Positions 8,711-17,880 of a stretch of DNA of 64,000 nt are shown piece after piece. The notes under the pieces were generated by a model. The model was not told the DNA's origin. It worked only from the letters and a program-made list of their open reading frames with translations, and ran no database searches. The stretch lies in the IMG/VR virus record IMGVR_UViG_3300025601_000007. One strand, written 5' to 3'. Source of the DNA: a virus. Its lineage: Duplodnaviria > Caudoviricetes. A program made the position numbers and the translations under genes. Every line of letters starts with the position of its first letter. Position 1 is the first letter of the stretch.

Positions 8711-9412
8711 ATGGCTCAAATTAGAGGTGTAGACTGTGGCTTGAACAACTGGGATGTTGACTTTCCTTTCGGAAAAGAAAGAGAAGCAATGACAGTCAAA
8801 TTTCTACAGCAGAAATTTGGGATGGCTTTTATTGACTATGAAGACTCTAAAACACACGATTTAGAAATGGTTGAGCCTAAGTTCGGCAGCACGCTGTGGA
8901 TTGAAGTGAAAAGAGACCGTTACGAATCTGGCAATATGGTTGTCGAATACTCAGGAAAGTGGGGCCCGTCTGGAATAAGTACAACTCTTTCTCATTTTTG
9001 GGTTCAATTCTTCGAAGACACACAGGAATATTGGATAATAGAAACAAATAAATTAAGAAGGCTTCTCAACAGTCAGCGACAGAAAAAGAACGTTTTTTGG
9101 AGAGGAAGAGGTGGAGACCACGGAGCTACCTGGATGTATTTCCTAAAGAGAGCTTGTTTTCATGGTCAATTTAAGATATATAAGAAGATTGACAGTGAAT
9201 TTATGAGAGTTTATTGGTCAACCCCTACAGGAGCAAAAGCGCAGACTATTTATCACAAAGAGCTTTTTTGTGAAAAATTATACTCAGAACGAAACCCCGC
9301 GCAACCTTACGCAATCTACCCGCCATTCATTAGGAGCCCAGAACTCAAAGGGTGCCGTAAGGTATTCGGCCCCAGCTCGCCTACGCAAGACTTTGGGAGA
9401 AGTAGAGATTGA
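8711..9412 (+). CDS. PD-(D/E)XK endonuclease-like protein (paralog of upstream gene)
   Basis: THDLEM...IEVKRD...SGNMVVEY...PSGISTT.SHFWVQFF; 3' end overlaps the next gene by 143 nt. Confidence 0.68.
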   Translation: MAQIRGVDCGLNNWDVDFPFGKEREAMTVKFLQQKFGMAFIDYEDSKTHDLEMVEPKFGSTLWIEVKRDRYESGNMVVEYSGKWGPSGISTTLSHFWVQFFEDTQEYWIIETNKLRRLLNSQRQKKNVFWRGRGGDHGATWMYFLKRACFHGQFKIYKKIDSEFMRVYWSTPTGAKAQTIYHKELFCEKLYSERNPAQPYAIYPPFIRSPELKGCRKVFGPSSPTQDFGRSRD

Positions 9413-10661
9413 CCAAGTAGAGTTTGATTCTGATGTCATTAAAGCAACTTTGTCCCCAAGCATGTGGGAGAGCGGAAAGCTTAAACCAGAAGTAAGAAAA
9501 AAACTTCTCAAAGCAGCAAAAGCATATTACGACTACTTAGACATTGAGCCAGTAAAGCTTAAAGATATTACAATCACAGGCTCAATGGCAAACTACAATT
9601 ACCACGACCTATCAGACATCGATGTCCATTTAATTCTAGATTATGCTGATGTCGATGATAATGTAGAGTTTGTAGGTGAGTTTTTCGCTGCCAAGAAAGC
9701 TTTTTGGGAAATCAAGCACGACATTAAAATAAAAGGACACGACCTAGAGTTTTATGCCCAGGACTCTGACCAAGAGCATCATTCTACTGGTGTTTTTTCA
9801 CTGGTCAAAAACGAATGGAATCTCAAGCCTAATCGTCAGGACTCTTTAAAGGTGGATGCGGAACAAGTTCGAAAAAAAGCTGCAGACATGATGACCAAGA
9901 TAGACCACATTGTCGACATGTCTCCTTCTCAGGTTCAGATTGAAACAATCAGAGCTATGAAGGAGAAGTTGAAAACACTGCGCCAGGCGGGACTCAATTC
10001 ATCGGCGCAGGAGTTTTCTGTAGAGAACATTGTGTTTAAGATACTTAGAAACACTGGCTATCTTCAAAAGTTGTCTGATGCCAAATTGTACGCGACAGAC
10101 TCTGAACTGTCTTTAGATGAGAAACGCACAAACGAACACGGTTTACCTGGGGAATTAAATCCAAGAATTGCGGATGCCGCAACCACCAGCACCAGCACGC
10201 AGTTTGGTGAGATTCCAGTTTCAACACGAGAAGGAGCAGAAGGTGGAAAAGACATAAACACTCTGATGGTCCAAGATGGTATCGAAGATATGTCTGATGA
10301 TAAAATCAACATAATTAAGGACTTTATCTCTTTTACCAGAGACAAGCTAGGGCTTAAGGCACCAGTTAAGGTTGGACTTAGAAAAGGAAGAGACGAGTAC
10401 ATTAAGACTACGGCATCGTATTTACCGTTTGAGAACGAGAACTACGTTCGTTGCGAAGGTAGAGCCCTTGTTGATATCCTTAGAAGCATAGGGCACGAGC
10501 TTACGCACAATAGACAACGAGAGATAGGCATATTTGACCCAGGCGATAATGTGCAAAACATTGGAGGCCATATTGAGGACCAAGCAAATTCTATTGCTGG
10601 AATCTTGATTAAAGACTTTGTCGATAATCATGGATACGAACACATTCACGAAATGTACTAA
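9270..10661 (+). CDS. Pol-beta-type nucleotidyltransferase fused to a C-terminal HExxH peptidase-like domain
   Basis: ITITGSMANYNY..SDIDVH (GS/DxD); C-terminal ILRSIGHELTHNRQ...EDQANSIAG; GTG start 16 nt after CTATTTAT (9246-9253). Confidence 0.8.
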   Translation: MKNYTQNETPRNLTQSTRHSLGAQNSKGAVRYSAPARLRKTLGEVEIDQVEFDSDVIKATLSPSMWESGKLKPEVRKKLLKAAKAYYDYLDIEPVKLKDITITGSMANYNYHDLSDIDVHLILDYADVDDNVEFVGEFFAAKKAFWEIKHDIKIKGHDLEFYAQDSDQEHHSTGVFSLVKNEWNLKPNRQDSLKVDAEQVRKKAADMMTKIDHIVDMSPSQVQIETIRAMKEKLKTLRQAGLNSSAQEFSVENIVFKILRNTGYLQKLSDAKLYATDSELSLDEKRTNEHGLPGELNPRIADAATTSTSTQFGEIPVSTREGAEGGKDINTLMVQDGIEDMSDDKINIIKDFISFTRDKLGLKAPVKVGLRKGRDEYIKTTASYLPFENENYVRCEGRALVDILRSIGHELTHNRQREIGIFDPGDNVQNIGGHIEDQANSIAGILIKDFVDNHGYEHIHEMY

Positions 10662-10770
10662 GTTTTTTACTAAGTATTTAAAAAAACCACCATGGCAGAA
10701 AAAGTAGAGGGGTTTAAAGTTGAGACTATTAAGAAGCGATGTTATCGGCTATTTATAGAAAAGCATCACT

Positions 10771-11211
10771 ATGAAGTCATTTAAACGTTTATTGCTAGCA
10801 CTCTTATTTACAATTGGGATTTTACTCGATTCTCATGCACAGCAGCAAGTTATTTTGACACCTCAGTGGCAGCAAATCGGGGAGAAGTGCACTGATTGTG
10901 GCTCTGCTTTCTTTATGATTTACAGAAGCCTTATTCCAAGTGCTTCGGGGCAATATGAGGCTTACGTATATGCCTGGAGCAACAGTTTTGATGGTTATGG
11001 AAATTCAGTAACCACATACATTAGTAGACCAATAATTTATGGAGTTGATGCTTATGGGAGAAAAATATTAAACCCTATAATCACGATGGAGTATCATTTA
11101 GCAAGCCCTGAGACACCTTCTTTTAATGGTTGGAGCCTAATGTTTTATCTATATAGCCCAAATCCTAATCAAAACTACCTTTTAGAATTTGATTATCTTG
11201 ACAATTATTAG
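10771..11211 (+). CDS. Hypothetical secreted protein
   Basis: Signal-peptide-like N-terminus MKSFKRLLLALLFTIGILLDSHA; CTATTTAT at 10749-10756. Confidence 0.7.
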   Translation: MKSFKRLLLALLFTIGILLDSHAQQQVILTPQWQQIGEKCTDCGSAFFMIYRSLIPSASGQYEAYVYAWSNSFDGYGNSVTTYISRPIIYGVDAYGRKILNPIITMEYHLASPETPSFNGWSLMFYLYSPNPNQNYLLEFDYLDNY

Positions 11212-11272
11212 CACTTCAAAACCACAATGATTATAACTATATTTTTGAATACAAAACACTAGAACAACTATA

Positions 11273-11671
11273 ATGGCAGACAATGAAGGAGTGATAGGGA
11301 ATACAGCTCTAAGCGAAGACACAGTGGTAAAAACTAACGTGAAGACTTTGTTATGGGTTTCTATCGGGTTGTTTAGCTTGTTGATGTCAATGTTCACCGT
11401 TTTTTACTTTGACATGCGCTCCAGAGATGCTGCGACCAATGATAAAATGAAAGAGACTGCTGAGCTTCTAGAAGAAGAAGTTGAAGAAACTGTTTCTGAG
11501 AAGCTTGAAAAGTTTGAAGAAAGGCAACAAGCTATTAAAGACGATATTGGGACCATCAGGGGAGATATAAAAGTCATCCTGGATAGAACAAGAAGGTCAG
11601 GAAACAACGCTAGTACTTCTACTATAAATGATGCCACTCCCCCTCCTTCTAGCTCAGTTCCTCCTGGCTAA
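11273..11671 (+). CDS. Single-pass membrane protein with coiled coil
   Basis: TM segment LLWVSIGLFSLLMSMFTVFYF followed by a charged helix. Confidence 0.7.
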   Translation: MADNEGVIGNTALSEDTVVKTNVKTLLWVSIGLFSLLMSMFTVFYFDMRSRDAATNDKMKETAELLEEEVEETVSEKLEKFEERQQAIKDDIGTIRGDIKVILDRTRRSGNNASTSTINDATPPPSSSVPPG

Positions 11672-13028
11672 TCGGGTGCTTCTGTGAAAAAATCTGTGAA
11701 TCTCTTTTTTTAAGGAAATCCACCACCTCTTGAATACTTGATACTTTGTGAGACATCTCTTTCCCTTTAGACCCTAGATACCAATATCCTTCTGCGTGTC
11801 CTGTGATATGAAACCCCTCCATGCCTACATTCATCGCTGGCTCAATATCTCTTGTATAAGAATCTCCAACCATCACATAGTGGTGAGCTGGATATCTGTG
11901 CTTTAGGTTTCGGTAGATTGTTTCATCTTTGAAATCATAAATCTCGAAGTCGTAATCCGATAGCCCCAAAGACGCAATCTTCTTAACCTGCTCCAAGCGT
12001 TCTCCCATCGTGTAGATAACAACCTTGCCGTGTTTGCTGAGTTCCTCAAGTTCTTTGATTCTTCCTGGAATTTCTGCGTACTGATGGTCGTAGACTCCAT
12101 TGCCTAGTTCCACAACTTCCAGACACAGATTTTCGTATTCGTCATCTGACATTGGGGTCATAAACTGTCTGAAGTCCCCAAGCACCATAAGCAGGCTTTT
12201 TGCAAAGCTGTTAAGGCTAAAGTGTGTGGTAAAATGAGCCCCATTGTGTTTGTTTACAAAATCAGAGAACATCACTCCCAACACTTTGTCTGGAATTGGT
12301 TCCGACAACTGACTTTTGATAAGAGCCTTCACGCTATTTGCTTGGATGGTGTAATACTCATTACACTTACAAATGGTATTATCGAGGTCAGTAAATATAA
12401 CCCTGTTTTCTTTGTTTTTTGAAACGATATTTCTGACAATGTCACGGCACTCTATTACCGCTTTTATCTCATCTCCAAAATCATTGAATATGGTGTAGGC
12501 AAATATTCTTCCTGAGTCCAGTTCAGTTTCAGAAGAGTGACCAGCTAGTATTGCTCGTTTTTCAGCATCTCCTCCAGATTCTCTGTCAAGGGCTTGCTTG
12601 TTTCTTTTTGGAGAAATAACGTTGATGTTTGTCCCTCCAAGATTTTCAATAAAATCAAACTCATTCTTGAAACGCATATCTGTGATAATGATTCTTTTTA
12701 TGCCTCTAAAAGCATGCATAATCATCCACTCTTTGGCATTGTTAATCCAGACGTCTTTCCCAAACACATCTCTCCCTTCTTCTGTTCCTACGGTTTGGAG
12801 TGTCCTTCTTGTTTTTTCGTCTTTCTTAATCCAGCACTTATTTCTGTCAAGGCCTTTTTTGTAAATCCCATCTATTTTTATTTGGTCGGCGAAGCATAGG
12901 AATACCGTTGGTTTTGGTTCAAGCATCTTGCTGAACACTTTTTCTGCCAAATAATTTTTACCGCTACCTAACTTTCCTGCGAAGCCGTATATTTCAACAC
13001 CGTTTAAAATTGTTTCGTCTAATTGCAT
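11649..13028 (-). CDS. Deoxynucleoside monophosphate kinase fused to HAD-family phosphatase
   Basis: N-terminal GFAGKLGSGKN, FADQIK, LQTVGTE.GR, ITDMRFKNE, HSSE; C-terminal DLDNT and MVGDSYTRDI. Confidence 0.82.
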   Translation of the reverse strand: MQLDETILNGVEIYGFAGKLGSGKNYLAEKVFSKMLEPKPTVFLCFADQIKIDGIYKKGLDRNKCWIKKDEKTRRTLQTVGTEEGRDVFGKDVWINNAKEWMIMHAFRGIKRIIITDMRFKNEFDFIENLGGTNINVISPKRNKQALDRESGGDAEKRAILAGHSSETELDSGRIFAYTIFNDFGDEIKAVIECRDIVRNIVSKNKENRVIFTDLDNTICKCNEYYTIQANSVKALIKSQLSEPIPDKVLGVMFSDFVNKHNGAHFTTHFSLNSFAKSLLMVLGDFRQFMTPMSDDEYENLCLEVVELGNGVYDHQYAEIPGRIKELEELSKHGKVVIYTMGERLEQVKKIASLGLSDYDFEIYDFKDETIYRNLKHRYPAHHYVMVGDSYTRDIEPAMNVGMEGFHITGHAEGYWYLGSKGKEMSHKVSSIQEVVDFLKKRDSQIFSQKHPISQEELS

Positions 13029-13089
13029 TGTTTTTTATATTTTACCATGGGTGTCCTTCAGAGAGTGGTTAAAATAACTCATTTTTCTG

Positions 13090-13593
13090 CTAGGACCATG
13101 TTTGATGTGGCTCTGATACGCTTTCAAATCCATCATAATCATCAACAATGTATACTGTGATTGGAATTTCGAGCACTTTTAGTTTAGCACAACTCCCAGA
13201 TGCTTTATCGGACCCAAGAGTCTCAACCATCTCCACAAGCAACTCGTCGTGTCTTTTTATTATTCTGAAATCATGATGCACTTTTTTGTGCTGTTCATTG
13301 CGAGCAGCTTTTTCTTCGGTGTTTGCAGCGCCCCAATCAAAACTCATAAACTTGTTGTACTCTTTAGCTGTCTTGATGGTGGTGGCATTCCATATAAAGC
13401 TGTCTTTTACTTTGTTTGTGGTCACTTTTTTATACTTCCGCTTTGCGTCCCCATAAGGAAGATAGTTCCCATCTTCATCTTCTAAGTTTTCGACATAAAA
13501 ATGGCAAGGAACACCTCGTTTTTCAGCCATCCATTTGACAGCTTCTGGTGAGAGGCTGAATCCTCCGTAACATGCGTTTATTACTACTTTCAT
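13090..13593 (-). CDS. Conserved-type hypothetical phage protein
   Basis: VVINACYGGFSLS...RHDELLVEMVE...DDYDGFESV pattern. Confidence 0.75.
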   Translation of the reverse strand: MKVVINACYGGFSLSPEAVKWMAEKRGVPCHFYVENLEDEDGNYLPYGDAKRKYKKVTTNKVKDSFIWNATTIKTAKEYNKFMSFDWGAANTEEKAARNEQHKKVHHDFRIIKRHDELLVEMVETLGSDKASGSCAKLKVLEIPITVYIVDDYDGFESVSEPHQTWS

Positions 13594-13676
13594 TGAAATA
13601 TATAAATTTGACTTGGTCGCAGATAAGGTTCAGAGCCATTTTCTTCTACATGTATGCAGCTTTATAATTGTGCTTT

Positions 13677-14804
13677 TCACACTGCTATCGGCGCTTTAAT
13701 CGCTGGTAGCGGGTTGTAGTTTTTCACTTTGATGTCATCCAGAGTGAAGTCGTATATAGACTTGATGTTAGGATTCAATTCCAACGTTGGAAGCCTGGGT
13801 CCTTCGTATTTGCCAATCCTATTTTTTGCTGATTGGCGGTCTATAAAGTAGTCATCTCCAAGAATTGGCTCTTTGAAATCTTTCACCTCCATCATTTTAT
13901 CGACATCCTCTTGGTTCAAGTGGGTGCGATTCAAATATGAGTTCACTTGGTCTCTGTGGTTCACATAAAGATGTGCATCTCCAAAAGTGTGTGTGAACAC
14001 TCCTGGGAGCATTCCAGTGACCTGGGCAATCATGTGTGTGAACACAGCATATGACGCGATGTTAAAGGGCACTCCGAGGAATACGTCGGCACTTCTCTGA
14101 TAGAGTTGGCAATCAAGCCTCTTTGTTGGGAGGCTTTCTCGGTCGTAGCCTAGCTCGATTGCTTTTTCTATTTCTTCATAGCTCAAATCTACAACGTTAA
14201 ACTGGTACATACAGTGACACGGAGATAAAGCCATGTCTGGTAAATCATCTACATTCCAAGAGTTTACGATGTGCCGTCTTGAGTCTGGATTGTTCTTTAA
14301 GCCCTCAATAAGACTCTCAAGCTGATTGGAGGTGCCATTTTTAATTCCAACCCACTTTACCCACTGCTTACCATAGACAGGGCCTAACTCTCCCCATTTA
14401 AGCACCCAAGAGTCATTGTGTGGTCGGCGCTTAATCTCACTTATAAACTCAGCCTGTGTTAAAGGTCTTGTACAGTTGTTTTGAGGGTCTTCTGTATGGA
14501 ATTCATAGTCTGGCTCATCCAGGCTCTCTGCATGCGTTAGAAACGTCTTATATGCCCATTCATTCCAGATGTGAACTTTGTTGTCGACAAGATACTTTAT
14601 ATTGGTATCTCCTTTGATAAACCATAAGAGTTCAACAAATACTCCGCGAGTAAATGTTTTCTTGAGTCCCAGAAGTGGAAATCCGTCTAGAAGGTCGTAT
14701 TGGTTCTGGTATCCGAAGATAGAGTAGGTTCCAGTTCCAGTTCTGTCGCCTTTTAATCTTCCTTTCTCCAAGATGTGTGATACGAGGTCGTTAAACTGTT
14801 TCAT
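13677..14804 (-). CDS. thyA: Thymidylate synthase
   Basis: DRTGTGT, ELLWF, IWNEWA, GPVYGKQW, MALSPCH, YQRSADVFLGVPFNIASY, HTFGDAHLY. Confidence 0.96.
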   Translation of the reverse strand: MKQFNDLVSHILEKGRLKGDRTGTGTYSIFGYQNQYDLLDGFPLLGLKKTFTRGVFVELLWFIKGDTNIKYLVDNKVHIWNEWAYKTFLTHAESLDEPDYEFHTEDPQNNCTRPLTQAEFISEIKRRPHNDSWVLKWGELGPVYGKQWVKWVGIKNGTSNQLESLIEGLKNNPDSRRHIVNSWNVDDLPDMALSPCHCMYQFNVVDLSYEEIEKAIELGYDRESLPTKRLDCQLYQRSADVFLGVPFNIASYAVFTHMIAQVTGMLPGVFTHTFGDAHLYVNHRDQVNSYLNRTHLNQEDVDKMMEVKDFKEPILGDDYFIDRQSAKNRIGKYEGPRLPTLELNPNIKSIYDFTLDDIKVKNYNPLPAIKAPIAV

Positions 14805-15352
14805 TAGTCCTTCTTTTCTAAGATTATCCGCTCTGCGTCGGTATCTCTGTTTATAGCTTTCTCACTGGAGAACTTTTTACCATAACGCTTAGTGAGTTTC
14901 TCGATGTTTCTATCCCAAATGGATTTGATGCTCCATTTATGGTTTCTAAACAAGATGGCTAGGTACCAAAAGATGTCACCTACTTCTTCTTTGGCGTTGA
15001 CCAAGTCAAATTCTTTCTGCTTCCACTTGTGATTGTACATCGCCTCTAGAAGTTCTCCTGCTTCTGTGCACACTCCTATGACAGCGTGCATATCTGATTC
15101 TTCTGCATCCACTGATGGTGTGAAGGCTTCGTTTAAACCTGCTGTTTGAACAGGAGTTTTAAATCCTTCAGGAAGGTCTTTGCCGTAATATTTGTGTTTC
15201 TTCATTATATCCAAATCCTCTGTTGCTTTGAGGAATTGTTCGATTGCTCCTTTGAGCTGAAGCTCTCTTTGGTACAATGGGTCTTCTGTGTCGTGGCCGA
15301 ATGACCCGCTAACAAAGGCCTCGCTTTTCTTGAGGTATTTTTTGAATTTCAT
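14804..15352 (-). CDS. MazG-like nucleotide pyrophosphohydrolase
   Basis: HAVIGVCTEAGELLEA...KEEVGDIFWYLA...NIEKLTKRY; start taken at MKFKKY. Confidence 0.82.
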   Translation of the reverse strand: MKFKKYLKKSEAFVSGSFGHDTEDPLYQRELQLKGAIEQFLKATEDLDIMKKHKYYGKDLPEGFKTPVQTAGLNEAFTPSVDAEESDMHAVIGVCTEAGELLEAMYNHKWKQKEFDLVNAKEEVGDIFWYLAILFRNHKWSIKSIWDRNIEKLTKRYGKKFSSEKAINRDTDAERIILEKKD

Positions 15353-15490
15353 TCGAAAATGTTGTTGTGTTGCAAGCGCAAACATACAACAAGTTGTCTA
15401 TAATTCAAAATTAGATTATAAAATTGACCCCGAAAGAATGCAGGATAATACGCCGCCATCCCTTGAAAAATAAAACAAAACCAGCTCGCT

Positions 15491-15541
15491 GTATATAATT
15501 AATGGCTAAAAAGCCACTAACCATATACAATTGTTGTGTGT
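15491..15541 (-). repeat. attC-like site A (degenerate)
   Basis: On minus, ACACAAC-AATT-GTATATGGTTAGTGGC...GCCATTAATTATATAC hairpin just after the stop of 15545..15832; distal core site missing. Confidence 0.55.
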
Positions 15542-15544
15542 AAT

Positions 15545-15832
15545 TTAATCTAAGTCTTCGCCCATTCTACAAAGTATATCTTTTAAATCCCATAAAACTA
15601 AATTGCACTTGTTCCATTGGCTAAATGTTTTGTCGTAATCATTCATAAGGTTCTTGCTCTTATACAAGTCTAAGTTTTCGCTCAATTTAGCTTTAAGGGT
15701 TTCTTCCTTTTTAATAAGTTCGTGAATAAAACTACGCCCAACATTGTATAAATACAATACTCGCTCTAGTGCCTCTTCACTACCTATTTCTAATCTTTGG
15801 TGTTGGTCTTTTATATTATCTATTTCTGTCAT
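15545..15832 (-). CDS. Hypothetical protein (cassette cargo)
   Basis: ORF in the AT-rich block; a 14-nt tandem duplication (TCATTGTCGTACTG x2) spans its start region. Confidence 0.6.
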   Translation of the reverse strand: MTEIDNIKDQHQRLEIGSEEALERVLYLYNVGRSFIHELIKKEETLKAKLSENLDLYKSKNLMNDYDKTFSQWNKCNLVLWDLKDILCRMGEDLD

Positions 15833-15859
15833 TGTCGTACTGTCATTGTCGTACTGTTT

Positions 15860-15879
15860 TTATACTTACCGTTACCTAC
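15860..15879 (-). repeat. attC-like half site B
   Basis: On minus, GTAGGTAAC-GGTAA-GTATAA overlaps the TAG stop of 15876..16127. Confidence 0.6.
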
Positions 15880-16127
15880 AATGGCTGATACTTTAGTTTA
15901 ACCTTATGTTTCGCCAAGTAATCGCATCTACAAACAGCAAGTGTTATATCATCATAGGCACTATCACAATCAGCGTGCGTAACGCTTGGAACCCATACGT
16001 GATAGTTTGGTTTTTGTTTAGTTCCTTCATTACTTACATAATAGCCATTTACATTATGTAATATTCCAAGCTTTACTTCTTCTTCTTCAGTTCCATTTGG
16101 CTCGTATTTATTTTTTATTTCAGTCAT
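15876..16127 (-). CDS. Hypothetical protein (cassette cargo)
   Basis: Flanked by GTTACCTAC (15871-79) and GTAGGTAAC (16161-69). Confidence 0.65.
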   Translation of the reverse strand: MTEIKNKYEPNGTEEEEVKLGILHNVNGYYVSNEGTKQKPNYHVWVPSVTHADCDSAYDDITLAVCRCDYLAKHKVKLKYQPL

Positions 16128-16160
16128 TTATCAAAGTTTTTAGTTTATAAAATCGCCACA

Positions 16161-16227
16161 GTAGGTAACAATGTATAAAATTAACCTACGGTCGCTATCG
16201 CTTAATCTTATACTAAACGTTATGCTC
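16161..16227 (-). repeat. attC-like site C (complete)
   Basis: GTAGGTAAC-AAT-GTATAA-AATTAA...TTAA-TC-TTATAC-TAAAC-GTTATGCTC. Confidence 0.75.
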
Positions 16228-16310
16228 CATGCCTTAGTTCAGTTCTTCGATTTAACATTTGTAATGAAAAACAAAAAGAATTTCGCCAACGCAAAACAAA
16301 GATAATAAAA

Positions 16311-16799
16311 TTATTTCAAATTAATACTATATTTTTGAATATTTTTACTTATATAATCTTTTGCTGATTGGTATTCGTTAATATCATATTCAAAACTTTC
16401 TTCAGATGCAAACTCTTTACCTGCATAATTATCTATCAAATATTTAGAGTTTGTTATGTCCCAATCAATAACTGGATTTATATCATAAAAATCTTCATAT
16501 AAATCTTTAAGTTTTCTAACACCTCTTGCATCAATTATAATATTATGGTTATTTGGATGATAGCAAAAGGCATGAACAAAATTGAAATTATATTCAGCAT
16601 CTTCATCAACATCTTCAAATTCATCGTTAATTACCGCTATTTGATATTGTGGAAATATTTCATTCAACGCAACACAAAATGGAATACATTCACCACTCAT
16701 CCATTGTTCAATATCATTTTCATTTATTGTGTGATTTTCATTCACAAACTGCTTAAAGTTCTTAACTTTATCAATTATTTTACGCATATCTTCACTCAT
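16311..16799 (-). CDS. Cassette-borne protein with capsid-targeting-like N-terminus and a possible Cys-His-Asp (papain-like) domain
   Basis: MSEDMRKIIDKVKNFKQFVNE; GECIPFCVAL...HAFCY...IIDARG; ATATTTAT 13 nt upstream (16813-20). Confidence 0.7.
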   Translation of the reverse strand: MSEDMRKIIDKVKNFKQFVNENHTINENDIEQWMSGECIPFCVALNEIFPQYQIAVINDEFEDVDEDAEYNFNFVHAFCYHPNNHNIIIDARGVRKLKDLYEDFYDINPVIDWDITNSKYLIDNYAGKEFASEESFEYDINEYQSAKDYISKNIQKYSINLK

Positions 16800-16905
16800 A
16801 GTTTCTTTATATATAAATATTCGGTTTTTAAAACTCCACTCTAAAATTCTTTTTATTTTTCTTTCGTGTTTCAAATCAACATTATCAGTTAATAAATCGG
16901 CACGA

Positions 16906-17001
16906 GAGCATAACAAGGTGTATAAGAAAGTTTGCTATCAGCATTTGTGGTAATTTGATAGTTTATCTAAGCAAACCTTCTCATACACCCAGCCGTTATG
17001 T
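16906..17001 (-). repeat. attC-like site D (complete)
   Basis: GAGCATAAC-AAG-GTGTATAAGAAAGTTTGC...GCAAACCTTCTCATACAC-CCAGCC-GTTATGT; 16/18 arm complementarity. Confidence 0.8.
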
Positions 17002-17008
17002 GTAAGTG

Positions 17009-17449
17009 TTACATTAGTGATTCCAAATAACCTTTTTCTATAATATTTTCCAAACCATTAAATTCTAAATTAGTATCAATTTTAAAAACATTACCATTAG
17101 ATGGTTCAGAATAATAATCAGTATAACCTTCACCAACCACAATAACATCATTAATTAAAGTACTATTTAATAATGAATCAAAAACTCTATGATAACCATC
17201 AACTAAAAACAATAAATTATTATCAGTTCTCCAAACATTTAAAGGTTCTTTATTACTATGTGATTTTTTACCATCAATAAAATTATTAAAAACCCCCATT
17301 AAACTTCTTTTACTCAATATTAATTCATTTATGTTAATCTTTAATAAATCATAATATTCGTCACTTTCTTCATCATAATATTTATTCTCATTCAAGAACT
17401 TACCAAAGTTCTTAACCTTATTTATTTGTTCTCTCATTTCTTTACTCAT
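17009..17449 (-). CDS. Cassette-borne ParB/Srx-like protein with capsid-targeting-like N-terminus
   Basis: MSKEMREQINKVKNFGKFLNE; EPLNVW...FLVDGYHRV. Confidence 0.7.
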   Translation of the reverse strand: MSKEMREQINKVKNFGKFLNENKYYDEESDEYYDLLKININELILSKRSLMGVFNNFIDGKKSHSNKEPLNVWRTDNNLLFLVDGYHRVFDSLLNSTLINDVIVVGEGYTDYYSEPSNGNVFKIDTNLEFNGLENIIEKGYLESLM

Positions 17450-17462
17450 AACATTTCTTTAT

Positions 17463-17482
17463 ATATACATTCCGCTGTGTGT
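17463..17482 (-). repeat. attC-like half site (degenerate)
   Basis: On minus, ACACACAGC-GGAAT-GTATAT just after the stop of 17487..17711. Confidence 0.45.
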
Positions 17483-17486
17483 AATA

Positions 17487-17711
17487 CTAGCCCTCGTTTT
17501 CCCATTTATCTAATATTTCTTTGTAATACTTAGATTCTTTTAGGTTTTTGTGTGGGTTATTTTTCTTTAATCCATTCGGCAACGAACAACATAATCCATC
17601 ATGTCCTGTCATGCCATCACCTGTATGGCATCCACATTTACACTCCATTACAACTGCCCACTTATAAAACTCATAATTTACACAAAGAGTACACTTACAT
17701 GATTTTCCCAT
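17487..17711 (-). CDS. Small Cys-rich hypothetical protein
   Basis: CKCTLC, CKCGCH and CC motifs; 74 aa. Confidence 0.6.
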   Translation of the reverse strand: MGKSCKCTLCVNYEFYKWAVVMECKCGCHTGDGMTGHDGLCCSLPNGLKKNNPHKNLKESKYYKEILDKWENEG

Positions 17712-17769
17712 ATTTGTAATTTAAATCCGTACTAAGCCTAATACTACCTATAATCCATTGCGAAAAGCA

Positions 17770-17796
17770 ACGTATCATAGCCAAAACGCTAACTAC
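17770..17796 (-). repeat. attC-like half site E (degenerate)
   Basis: On minus, GTAGTTAGC-GTTTT-GGCTATGA; 8/9 complementary to the core of site F. Confidence 0.5.
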
Positions 17797-17880
17797 AAGC
17801 GGGTGTAGTGGCACGTATTTAATTTTCTGCGTAATCAGAAGAAAAAATAAAAGCCACCCGCTTTTGGTTTTACCAACCAA

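Noticed and set aside
10692-10784. 30-aa ORF MAEKVEGF... after an AGTATTTA motif
   Set aside because: Very short, overlaps the next gene's promoter and start, and has no supporting evidence.
13030-13085. Short intergenic hairpin TTTTACCA...TGGTTAAAA as a possible riboswitch or ncRNA
   Set aside because: Too short, and no family motif was recognisable by eye.
16800-16916. N-terminal extension MLCSRA... of the 16311 ORF
   Set aside because: It starts inside the attC core and spans the promoter; Met at 16799 fits the tag and promoter spacing.
17695-17880. 61-aa ORF across attC-like site E
   Set aside because: It overlaps a structured repeat and a neighbouring start and has no protein-like motif; probably a shadow ORF.
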